Positions 14,653 to 24,900 of a stretch of 32,000 nt of DNA are shown here, piece after piece; positions within the stretch are counted from its first letter, which is position 1; each line of letters begins with the position of its first letter. The stretch comes from an uncultured archaeon (lineage in GTDB: Archaea; Iainarchaeota; Iainarchaeia; Iainarchaeales; Iainarchaeaceae). The notes beneath the pieces are model-generated. The model saw nothing but the letters and a program-made list of their open reading frames with translations, was not told where the DNA came from and made no database searches. Made by a program: the position numbers and the translations under genes. Location of the stretch: contig CAZNZM010000005.1 in NCBI GenBank assembly GCA_964577555.1, positions 1 through 32,000 of the forward strand, given 5' to 3'.

Positions 14653-17600
14653 GTTTCCCCCGCCTTTAATGAATTTGAAACTTCCGAAATATTTAATTTT
14701 GCTCCTTTTGAATCATAAACTGTTTTAGGATTCCAAAAAATTTCAGCCTTCCTGCCGGAATCGGAAATACAAGCATTGCCAGACTCTACCAATTTGAATA
14801 CATCCAAAACAGTTGTTATTGCCCCCGTGCTTCCGCCAGAAGGATCATTATATTTTACCCCGGTTATTCCAGAAAGCCTTGCTTTTTCGCTTATTTCTTC
14901 AGGAGTCATTAAAATCGCTTTTCCTTTTGGATGCTCTAATTTAAGAGAATAAATTTCCAATGGATTAGTAAAGAATATTGTTCTTATATAAGAATCGCCT
15001 TTATAAACGATTGGCCCAAAGTCAACGCCGTAAGCACTCTCCCAATCATTAAGAGGGTCTTTTGTTGTGGCAGCCCTGTCCGAACGCGAATCAAAAGACT
15101 CTGTTATTAATGTTCCAGAAAAGTCAAGGCACGCTCCTACGCCATTCCAAAAAGTCAATGTTTCACCAACATCGACAGGCACTTCATTGTTGGCAACAGT
15201 ATAAAAAACAGACAAAGGCTCTTCAGAAATTGAATTTGCCGAAACCTTTATCATCACCGGCGTGGCTTTGGAAGGCGAAAAAACCAAGTTTGCTTCAGAA
15301 GGCGAAATTTTTTCCAAAATAAACAAATTGCCTCTTGTTGAAGGAGAAGAGTTTAATTTGTAAAAAGATTTTTCAAGTTTTGTGGCGGCAATTGAATTGG
15401 CATTGCTTCCATTGTCATTATAAGTTTTCATTGGTTGGCTGGAATTGTCAAACAATATTTGCCCTTCTTCGTTGAAAAAGCTTACCCCATAACCTTGCCT
15501 GTTGAAAGAATCATTTTCAAGTCCTACAAGGCCATCCAATGGCAAATAATAAAATGCAGAATTTGGTCTTGGTTCATGCAAAAGATAAAACTCTATTTCT
15601 ATTTTCACATTAGGAGAACCATCCGCGTTAAAAAACCTGAAACTCTTGTCAATTCCTGAAATATTTATCAACACGTCATAAATTCCCGGGCTTGGCAATT
15701 CATGTGAATCAAAAAACCTGTTTCTGAAAGAAATATTGTGATTTATAAAAATATTCGCAATTCCATAAGGTTTGCCATCAGGAGAAGTGGCTTCCTTGTA
15801 AAACCACTCCGCAGTATCAAAAAACCTGCCGTTAGAATAATGTTCCGCAAAGTCGTTTATGAAATCCTCGCTAAAAGAATCCCTTATAAGCATTGCATTG
15901 AAATGAATAGTATTCATAAAAGATTCTTTGTTGGGAATCTCCTGTGTCCAAGAAATTGCGTTTTCATTTGCTTCTATTAAATGTTTGATTGCAGGCTCTC
16001 CTTCAATAAATCCTGTCCAATTCTCCAAATAGCAATTTTCTGTTTGTGAATTTCTGTCAACATTAAGGTCTCTCGCCAGTGTTTCAAATTCCTTGTTTAA
16101 AGGATTTGCAGGGCATTTGAGGTTTTGGTTTTGGTTGAAAAAATCTTTTAACGCCTTGAGCCTTTTTGAAATCATAATACTAAATTGTGTTGCGTCACAA
16201 TAAATGCCGTTCGGATTTTGTTCAAGACACGTGTCCTTATCAATATTTGTAAAACTCCAATCAAATCTAACTTTTGGCAAAGAGGCTTTTCCAGTTCTTC
16301 CGAATTTTACCCCGTTTTCGCATGAAAGAGTATCAAACGAAAGCTGTGGAATTGTTTCCTCTTCTTCCATTGTCTTGAACTTCAAATGAATTTTGGATTC
16401 CACATTGACTTTTTCTCTGTCGGGCACCTTAAAAGGCCCGAAATTGCTGTTTCCCCTTTCAATTTTTGTAGGCAAAGCATGTAAATGTTTGGTTGCATTG
16501 AAAGTGAAAGTAGCATAAGAAGGTTTTTGATTGGCAACGCCGTTGTTAATGAAAACCAAACCGACTTTTTGCTTATTATATTGTCCTATTATTTTTGCAG
16601 AATCCATGTTGTAATACGCAACCAAATCTTTGTTGTCAGAAACTATTGGCCCTGCATCAGAAACTAGGTTTATAACATAATCAGGCAAACTTGAAGTATG
16701 CCTTTGGGTGCAAGGATCGTTTCCAAAAATTTTTCCATATATCCCTCCAATAAAAAAACCACCAAGAGAATACATTGCCATGATGTTAGTTGGCGTAAAA
16801 AAACTCTTGGCTGTCGCGCTTGCAACCACGTTTCCTAAAGAATTGTTTGCAGACTGCACAATAGCATTCGTTGAAGCAAAACTTAATTTAAGAACCCCTG
16901 TTTTTGCAACAGATTCGCCAAATTGATTGGCAACAAAAGACTGCAAGGAAGAAGAACTTTCACCAACCAAAGAAACAGCTTCAGCTATCGCTGCTTTGCA
17001 TTGACAAACTTCCGGATCGGCTTGGCACATACTAATAGCAATAGTTGCGGCGCTTCCCAAAGAAGTTGCACCAGCATTCAAATAAACCGATGCTTGTTGA
17101 ATATAAGCCAATACTTCACTGTTAAGGTATTCTTTTTGAGCAAGTAATTCCGAAGCATCCAATTGTGTAAATCTGCCGTTTATGAATTGCCCACCATTCA
17201 TTGCCACATCCTGCAATTTTGAGTCATTCTCAATAATTTTACTCATAATATTTTTCGCATTTTCACACGCAGTTTTAGCAGATTGAACAGAAGCAATAGC
17301 CGAAGTTATATTAGCATTTGCAGGAGTTATACTGCATGGACCATAAGCACTTTGTGTGCTGGAAAGTGCAGAATCAATTTTTGAACAAACAGCATCAATA
17401 TTGTTATTGGATAAATTATCAGCAGCAACCGATGCTTGTTGTGCTGATTTTGTTGCATCCATTGATTGTCCAATTCCTGAAGCAACCCCTTTTGCAGCAG
17501 CATTTGAAGCCATTAATGCAGGCCTTATTCCCATTAACGCGCCATATATTGCTCCAACACCAGCACCAGTCCAATCCCACCATCCTTTTTCAGTTGCGTC

Positions 17601-20600
17601 GCCCCAATCGCAAATGCTTGCATCCACAGTAATATTTTCGCTCAAAAACTTGTTAGTTAATTCAGTAGAATCCTTTGAACCGTTTCCAATAAGAGTGAAA
17701 GAATATTTGTTAAGCTCGAAAGCATCATTCATAGTGGGTTTTGCAATAACATCAAAAGTCAAAAGCTCTCTATAATTAGTATTTTTAGTTTTAATAAAAA
17801 CCTTGACCCCATAAATGCCAGGTATTTCCTGCCGTGATACCCTTACCGTTTTGGAACTATTCACAGGCTTCAAAGTGAATTTTTCCGGTTCAACAAGTAT
17901 TCCGCCTTCAGATCCGCCAGAACAACCAGCATCATCTTTGCACATCCAAAAATCAATCTCCATATTTCCACAAGCCGAAGAATCAATCGTAATACCCGCT
18001 TCGTTTGAATTTTCAGGAATAACCAAAGGAGTTTCTGCTTGTGGCGTGAATTTGATGCAATCCCTCAAGTTAAGCGTGTCGATTTCAACTTTTATTTGAT
18101 TGCTTGAACCAACACTTTCCTCGCCATAATCAGTAAATTGCGAAGCATCAATTGTTATGCTGAATTCCGCCTTTTTTCCCAAAGAATTGCCTTTTGGCGT
18201 AAAAATTATTTCAGCAATATATTCCCTTCCACCAGGGACCCTTTCAAAAAGCGTGCTAAAAATTCCATCCGCCAAAATATCTTTTCCTATTTGCCCTGTT
18301 ATTGAATCAATTGCCTGAACTTCTACAAAGCCAAACTTGTTGCTTTTCCAATCAACCTTTGCCTTTAAATTTTTCAAATCGATAGGCTTGTTTTTTTTGT
18401 CAATACAATTGTTTTTAATATAGAATTCGGTTTTGGCTACGCCTGAAATTGTTGCATCTTTCCATTCCTTTATTGAAACCTCAATACAATTTTGATTTGC
18501 CGGAGGCTCAGCCAAAGAAATTGCAGTAGAAAAAGGAATTTCAAAAGGCCAAGTATTTTTATTTTTGTCTGTAAATTCAAGATAGAGTCTTCCTGAAATG
18601 TTTTTCTTTTCTTTTATATATTTTCCGTCTTCGCTTATTGCTGCTATGAAATTCATTTCTTTTGACTCGTTGAATCCTACTTTTATACCGGAATTCATAG
18701 ATGCATAATTTGTCATTTTTTGTTCATCCAGCAACCCTAAAAATTTTCCATAAAATCCTGCTTTTGAAAGTTCAAGTTCCAAAGGAGTCAAATTGGCAAT
18801 TGAAACAGATTTTTTTTCCTCTCTTTTTGATGAAATATTCAAATTATAATTCAATTTTTCAGGAGAAAATTTCAATATTTCTTTAGTAACTTTTAATTGA
18901 TATGATTTTCCTGAATAGCCTGGTTTTTCAACAACTACTTTGAATCTTGTGTTTGGCTCCAAAGCAGGGATTTTTATAAGTGCTTTTCCTTCCAAATCGG
19001 TAGTGCCGATAATCGTTGTTTTTTTTCTGTCAGGATGCACCAATTCAACTCTTACATTTGCGCCATCAACTCCAAAATAATCTTCTTCTTTATACTCTTT
19101 GGCTTCAACTTTTAGTTCAAATTCCGTAAAAGCAGGAATTATTTCAGGAACAATCGCAATATTCATGTCATTGCTTGCCACTATTTTAAAATCAATTTTT
19201 TTTTCAAACACTATATTTTTTTCAGAATGAATAATTATTGATAATCCAGATTCTGATAAATTAACCGGTTTTATTTTCAACCTTCCTGTTATTGATTTGT
19301 TTTTATTTAATTTTCCTAAAATTATTCCTTCAATTTTGAAAGTTTCCCTGTTTGAACCGAATTTTTCCGAATCCGCACTGAAAATGCTGTAATCAAGTAT
19401 TTTTATATTTTCTTGGTTGGAATTTGAAATAATTAGTTTTGCATTGTCATATGTTGCTTCTTTGTTGTTCAAAATGGAAAATTCAATTTCATATTCCCCG
19501 AAATTTCTTAATGAATAAGGCTTTTCAAGGTATAATTCTTCCTTTAAATCAAGCACTTTTTCATTGAAACAAAAAAATTCGCCGCAGTCTGTTGAAGAAT
19601 TATAAACATATGTTTTTGCATATAACCATTTTTTTGTTGCAGAATTTTCCGCAAAACCAAGTTCAGAGTCTTGCGGATCCCTGTATATTTCCCCATTGCT
19701 TTTTACTGCAAACGCCCTGTAATTAAAAAATAACTTGCTTTGTGCGTTTGCAAAATTTTTCAATTTGAATTTAACTCCGAAATTAATTATTTTTCCAGCG
19801 TTGTTTGATTTTTCCCAAGCGATTTGCACCCATTTTGCATTGCCGTTGGTTAGGTTGCTTAAATCTTCTTCCAAATTTCTTGGCGGATTATAAGTTGAAC
19901 CCATCAAATAAGTTGCTTTTGGCGCATCAACTTCATATATATACATTGTATCTTTTTCAACATTATTCTCATTTCCGACGTTAATAAAAGCCCCTGCCTG
20001 TTCATATTCAAAATCTTTCGGAATAACCAACAAAAACTTTGCTTCATATGATTTGCCAGGCTCCAATACCTCGGCTTTTTTTCCATCAGAACTTATTTCT
20101 ACCAAACTTATTTTGATGTTTCCTGAAATAGATTCTTTTTCAAGTTTTGCCATGATTTTTGCCGCTTTTTCAGGCAATATTATTGAGGACGTGGAGTGGT
20201 ATTCTGCATACCCTTCGGCTGTTACAACCACTGAAACCTTTTCTCCTGCCCTGATTTTTGCGCTTCCTTTTCCGCTGCTGTCCAAAACTATTTTTCCTAT
20301 TCTTTTTTCATAATCAAAAATTTCTGCGTTGGCAAAAGGAACCGCTTTTCCATCCTCGTCCAAAGTTTCTATTTCAATTGTGCCATATCCTATTTTCAAT
20401 TGCAGAATAATTTCTTTGGTGGCGCCTTCGTTTATTTCAAATGCTTCAGAAAGCCCGTTTGCAGGATATTTTTGTGCAATAACTCTGTATTTTCCGTTTT
20501 TAATACCGGTAAATTTTGCAATTCCATTGTTATTGGTTGTTTTTGGCTGGTATTCATTCAAAGCAAAATTCGTGTCAGGTTCTATGATTATTACCTTAGC

Positions 20601-21812
20601 ATTTCCGACAGGCTTATTTTCTTCATCAATTATTTTGACATCAAGTGAATTGCAAGTGTTTGGAGTGCATGGCAAAAGTTCTACATCTATTACGCTTTTT
20701 TGGATGTTTGACGAATCAACTTCAATAATGCCAGATGGCAAATACCCATTTGACGAGACAACTATTTTTGTTTTTCCTTGCCTCGTTATTTGTATCTCAA
20801 TTTCTCCTTTGCCTTCAATTGAATACTTGCTTGAATCCGGCAATTCTATATTTGCTTTTGCCTGCAATTTTGCCTTGCTTCTTTTGTCAACTATGTTGAG
20901 TTTTACAGAACCAAATTTTTGTTCTTCCAAAGTTGCTTCAAAATCAGTTGTTTCTTTTGAAATTATCTTTGCGTTTCCGCTGAAAGTGCTTAAGTTTTTA
21001 TTATTCGGAACTATGACTATTTTGTAATCACCAGGTTCAAGCGAAAATTCAGCTTTGCCAAAACCTGATATTTTTTTGTCAACAAGCGACCCAAATTCAT
21101 CATTTACAAATACTTCCGCGCCGTCAACATTATTGCCAAATTTGTCTTTTACTGAAACTTTGAGAAACCCTTCTTCAATTATGCGCGGCGCTAATTTTAT
21201 TATATTGCTTTCTTCAAGGTTGTATGATTTAACTTCAAAACCGCTTCCAATGACTTTTGCGGACATCGCACCGCAACCTGGCGGAACCTCCACATCAAGT
21301 TTGCCGCTGCTTACCTGCTTTATTGGGTTTGTTATTTTGATTGCTGTTGAACAACTTAATTCTATTGTAAGCATTTTTCCTTCTATTTTTGCCCCGTCAG
21401 GTCCTACAAAAATCAAGCTTTTGACAATTTGTTTTTCTCCATCCGAAGGTTCAAGTGTTGCTTTGATTATCTCTTTTTCATTTTCAATTTTTATGGTTTT
21501 TGAAAATTCTTTGAAGCCTGTTGCGGAAATTTTTATAGTTATTTCTTTTCCTTTAGGAATTTTTTCAAAAGTTGCATTTCCGCTTCTGTCAGTCATTTTG
21601 GCTGGCAAATTTCCTGCACCAATTAGTTGGACTTTTGCCTTCCAAACAGGGCTTTCCCTGCTGGTTACGTTTATATTGACATCAGAGTATTTTTCACCTG
21701 AAAAAAAAACAAAATACCCTATGCCTAATACTGATGCCAAGGCTATGGCTAATAATATTACTGCCACAAACTTATTCGCTTCTATTAATTCCCTGATTGA
21801 ATCAAATTCCAT
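14634..21812 (-). CDS. Giant envelope protein 1 (2392 aa): N-terminal TM anchor, tandem carboxypeptidase-regulatory-like/Ig-like domains, central hydrophobic region, conserved C-terminal module
   Basis: N-terminal TM FVAVILLAIALASVLGIGYFVFF; repeated beta-sandwich units such as VKIIDEENKPVGNAKVIIIEPD...GIAKFTGIKNGKYRVIAQK; central WWDWTGAGVGAIYGALMG and NIMAMYSLGGFFIGGIYGKIFG; C-terminal module shared with the next two genes. Confidence 0.93.
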   Translation of the reverse strand: MEFDSIRELIEANKFVAVILLAIALASVLGIGYFVFFSGEKYSDVNINVTSRESPVWKAKVQLIGAGNLPAKMTDRSGNATFEKIPKGKEITIKISATGFKEFSKTIKIENEKEIIKATLEPSDGEKQIVKSLIFVGPDGAKIEGKMLTIELSCSTAIKITNPIKQVSSGKLDVEVPPGCGAMSAKVIGSGFEVKSYNLEESNIIKLAPRIIEEGFLKVSVKDKFGNNVDGAEVFVNDEFGSLVDKKISGFGKAEFSLEPGDYKIVIVPNNKNLSTFSGNAKIISKETTDFEATLEEQKFGSVKLNIVDKRSKAKLQAKANIELPDSSKYSIEGKGEIEIQITRQGKTKIVVSSNGYLPSGIIEVDSSNIQKSVIDVELLPCTPNTCNSLDVKIIDEENKPVGNAKVIIIEPDTNFALNEYQPKTTNNNGIAKFTGIKNGKYRVIAQKYPANGLSEAFEINEGATKEIILQLKIGYGTIEIETLDEDGKAVPFANAEIFDYEKRIGKIVLDSSGKGSAKIRAGEKVSVVVTAEGYAEYHSTSSIILPEKAAKIMAKLEKESISGNIKISLVEISSDGKKAEVLEPGKSYEAKFLLVIPKDFEYEQAGAFINVGNENNVEKDTMYIYEVDAPKATYLMGSTYNPPRNLEEDLSNLTNGNAKWVQIAWEKSNNAGKIINFGVKFKLKNFANAQSKLFFNYRAFAVKSNGEIYRDPQDSELGFAENSATKKWLYAKTYVYNSSTDCGEFFCFNEKVLDLKEELYLEKPYSLRNFGEYEIEFSILNNKEATYDNAKLIISNSNQENIKILDYSIFSADSEKFGSNRETFKIEGIILGKLNKNKSITGRLKIKPVNLSESGLSIIIHSEKNIVFEKKIDFKIVASNDMNIAIVPEIIPAFTEFELKVEAKEYKEEDYFGVDGANVRVELVHPDRKKTTIIGTTDLEGKALIKIPALEPNTRFKVVVEKPGYSGKSYQLKVTKEILKFSPEKLNYNLNISSKREEKKSVSIANLTPLELELSKAGFYGKFLGLLDEQKMTNYASMNSGIKVGFNESKEMNFIAAISEDGKYIKEKKNISGRLYLEFTDKNKNTWPFEIPFSTAISLAEPPANQNCIEVSIKEWKDATISGVAKTEFYIKNNCIDKKNKPIDLKNLKAKVDWKSNKFGFVEVQAIDSITGQIGKDILADGIFSTLFERVPGGREYIAEIIFTPKGNSLGKKAEFSITIDASQFTDYGEESVGSSNQIKVEIDTLNLRDCIKFTPQAETPLVIPENSNEAGITIDSSACGNMEIDFWMCKDDAGCSGGSEGGILVEPEKFTLKPVNSSKTVRVSRQEIPGIYGVKVFIKTKNTNYRELLTFDVIAKPTMNDAFELNKYSFTLIGNGSKDSTELTNKFLSENITVDASICDWGDATEKGWWDWTGAGVGAIYGALMGIRPALMASNAAAKGVASGIGQSMDATKSAQQASVAADNLSNNNIDAVCSKIDSALSSTQSAYGPCSITPANANITSAIASVQSAKTACENAKNIMSKIIENDSKLQDVAMNGGQFINGRFTQLDASELLAQKEYLNSEVLAYIQQASVYLNAGATSLGSAATIAISMCQADPEVCQCKAAIAEAVSLVGESSSSLQSFVANQFGESVAKTGVLKLSFASTNAIVQSANNSLGNVVASATAKSFFTPTNIMAMYSLGGFFIGGIYGKIFGNDPCTQRHTSSLPDYVINLVSDAGPIVSDNKDLVAYYNMDSAKIIGQYNKQKVGLVFINNGVANQKPSYATFTFNATKHLHALPTKIERGNSNFGPFKVPDREKVNVESKIHLKFKTMEEEETIPQLSFDTLSCENGVKFGRTGKASLPKVRFDWSFTNIDKDTCLEQNPNGIYCDATQFSIMISKRLKALKDFFNQNQNLKCPANPLNKEFETLARDLNVDRNSQTENCYLENWTGFIEGEPAIKHLIEANENAISWTQEIPNKESFMNTIHFNAMLIRDSFSEDFINDFAEHYSNGRFFDTAEWFYKEATSPDGKPYGIANIFINHNISFRNRFFDSHELPSPGIYDVLINISGIDKSFRFFNADGSPNVKIEIEFYLLHEPRPNSAFYYLPLDGLVGLENDSFNRQGYGVSFFNEEGQILFDNSSQPMKTYNDNGSNANSIAATKLEKSFYKLNSSPSTRGNLFILEKISPSEANLVFSPSKATPVMIKVSANSISEEPLSVFYTVANNEVPVDVGETLTFWNGVGACLDFSGTLITESFDSRSDRAATTKDPLNDWESAYGVDFGPIVYKGDSYIRTIFFTNPLEIYSLKLEHPKGKAILMTPEEISEKARLSGITGVKYNDPSGGSTGAITTVLDVFKLVESGNACISDSGRKAEIFWNPKTVYDSKGAKLNISEVSNSLKAGETCIGLG

Positions 21813-21961
21813 GGTTTCGTCTAAAAAGTAGTTTTAAGCAGTTAATAAAGTTTTTCAGCAAAATTATTTTTTCCAAAAAATTTGTGTTTTTATAAACAAT
21901 TTCTGTAGAGCACAGCAAAACCAAAAGGTTGTTGAAATGATTATATTTGTTCCGTTTTGGG

Positions 21962-24900
21962 CTATTGTCCAATGCATGTCCTTCCGGCTTCTAAAGAATT
22001 TGCAAAGCTTGAAATATTTTTTTGCCTGCCGTTATATGTATAAACGTATTGTGGGTTCCACCAGAATTTTACTGAATTTCCAGTACTTGTAACGCATAAC
22101 ATGTTGTTTTCAACCATTTTGAAGGCATCCGAAATGCTTGCAATCCTGCCTGACAAACCCATTGAGTAGTCATTATACTTCATACCAATTATCCCATTTA
22201 GCGTGACTTGTTTTCCGCTTTCATCAGGAGTCATGAATTCAACTCTTGATTCAGGTTTTGCCCTTATTTGCGTTTGCTTTTTCGGGTCTGAAAATATTAT
22301 TGTCCTTAAATAAACGTCTCCAGAGTATTGTATCGAAGGCCAATCAATTGCATAACTTGATTTGTAATCGTTTATTTTGTCAGATTCCTTGCCTTGTCTG
22401 TCCGGTTTTTGATAAAATGCTTCTGTTACTGGCGCCCCTGTAAAGTCAAGGCAGTTTCCTGCTCCGTCCCAATATGTAAGGCTTGTTCCAGTGCTGGTTG
22501 TAGCAGAATTTTCAATAATGCTGTAATAAGCATTCAAAGGTTGTGAACTTTTTTCAGAACTTATTTTCATTATAAGCGGAGTTGCTTGCGAAGGCTGGAA
22601 AACTATTTTCGAACCTTTTCCTTCCTTGCTTGCTACTTCAAGCACCATGCCTCTTGTTTGCGGAGCCGTGTTCAAAGTATAAAGGTCATTATTGCTTGCA
22701 ACCAAAATTTTTGATATTGCGTTGCTGCCTGAATCTTCAAAAGACATGACCGCATTTTTTCCATTATTAATTGCCACTATTGAAGTCCCGCCTTGGTTAT
22801 AAAATGTTGCACCATAATTTTTTCTGTTTATTTTGTTGCCTTCCACGCCCACCAAACCGTCAAATGGAATATAATAAAAAGGAGAATTTGGATTTGGATC
22901 TGCTATTCTTGTCATAATAATTGCAACATATCCCGTAATGCTTCCATTTTCCCTTATAAGCTTCCAATCGCCGCCAGTAAAATAAACAGCCAATTCAACC
23001 CTATAAAGCCCCGGATTGTTTATTTCAGAAGTATCCGCAAATTTCCTTCGCACAACAAATTTTCCTTCATCCATTAATTTGTTGAAGCCTATTTTGTTTC
23101 CTTGGCTGTCACTTATCAAGCTTGTAAAGTATGAATCCGCATCAAAGAATTGGCCACTACTATAAGTTTTGCTGAAATCTAAAAAGAATTCTTTTGAATA
23201 ATTGTCTTTTATCAAATAAGCGTCAAATATTAAAAGTTTTTGCAAGGCTTCCATATTCGGAATTGCTTTGGTCCATTTCACGTTTTTGCCTTCAATATAT
23301 CTTATGAGTTGCGGAGTTCCTGCTATTGTTTCTGTGGTCCTGAATTCGCAAAACTTGGCTGCGTCGCCTTTTGTAGGGTCCCCGAAAAATATGGCATTTA
23401 CAACGCTTCCTGATTGCTGTTTTTCTCCGGCAGTTGAACTTGAAATTGACGCGTTGAACAAATACGCTCCATCTTCAAGGTTTGCGAAATCGCATGAAGC
23501 ATTTCTTTTTTCGTCTTTTGAAATTCCAAGCAATTGCACTACGCAAGGCTCTAATTGTGTTGTTCCTTTGACGCCTGAAACCGAAATGGTGGCGTCTTGA
23601 TAGTCATCGGTTTTGTTTTCAACAGAAACATTGACTTTTATTTGGTTGTTTTCTTCTTTAAGCGTTATTTCTTTTACCCCTAAAAACCCATTTGGCACAT
23701 TTCTTGACGAGCTTCCTTTGTATTGTTCTGCAATGCTGTTTGCTATTTCGCTTTTTGCATCTTTGGCAAACGAACATTCAAAATTGTAATTGTTTTCCTG
23801 CAAAAATTCGTTCAACATATTAAGTTTTTTGTTTAATTCAATGGTGAATTGCACTGCATCACAATAAACATAATCGGGGTTGTCTGCGTCGCATTGATTG
23901 TAGGAAATTCCCCCTTCGTTTTCTTTCCAACTCCAATTAAATTTTACACGCGGCAAAGCGCCTTTTCCTGTTCTGCCTATTTCAAGTCCGTTTTGGCATG
24001 CAAAGCTGTCAAAAGTGGTTTTTGGAATGTAAGTTTTTTCTTCGGAAGTATTGAATTTGACGTGGAATTTTTGCGAATATACTTTGTCTTCCATATTGTT
24101 TAATGTATTGCATGGAACCATGTTTATCCAAAAATTCCCGAAATCTCCGTTAGTGCTTCCGGCTCTTCCGCATTGTACTAATGCATTTTGGTGGGTTGGA
24201 TCGCCGTGGATATGTTCTTTTGCCCGCATTGTGGCTATTGCATAAATAGGTTTTTCTTCCTCTGCAGACAAATTTGTAAAAACAACGCCTACTACTTGTT
24301 TTCCATTCGGATTTGTTTTGTTGAATTTTTGTATTGCATCAGCAATATCCAACATCCATTCCCCTTTAAATCTCGAATCGCTTACAATTACATCAATAGC
24401 GTCAGGCCCAACATACCTTGGCTTGGTTTTGTCATCGGTTCCTACAAGATTTATAACGTAATCGTTGAGTGTGTGGGTTTCGAATTGTTCGCAAGGATCT
24501 TCTCCTAAAATAGTCATGAAAATTATTATGACAAATACTATTATTCCAACGACTGCGCCTATTCCCGTTGATGCTCCGATTGCAAGAACAGTTATCAATC
24601 CTGCTGCTACGCCTGCAGCAGCGCCTCCTAATGCTATTCCTGCCTTTTCAGCATCATTAAGCCCGGAAGCGGCTTCTTCCCAAGCGCACTTGTTTGCTTT
24701 TACGTTTACTTTTTCTTGCAACATATAATTTGTTAAAGTTGCTTCGTCTTTCTTTCCTTTACCAATCATTGTGAATGCATATCTGTCCATTGAAAAGTAT
24801 TCTCCTTCTTCAGGCTCCACAATAACATCGTACTCGGCTATTTGTCTGAATGTTCCGCCAGCAGGCTTTGCTTCTATTGTCAAACCATAAAAACCCGGTA

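Noticed and set aside
20329-21831. + strand ORFs of 232 and 258 aa
   Set aside because: Antisense to the domain-bearing giant protein 1; Ser/Phe/Ile-rich shadow composition without motifs.
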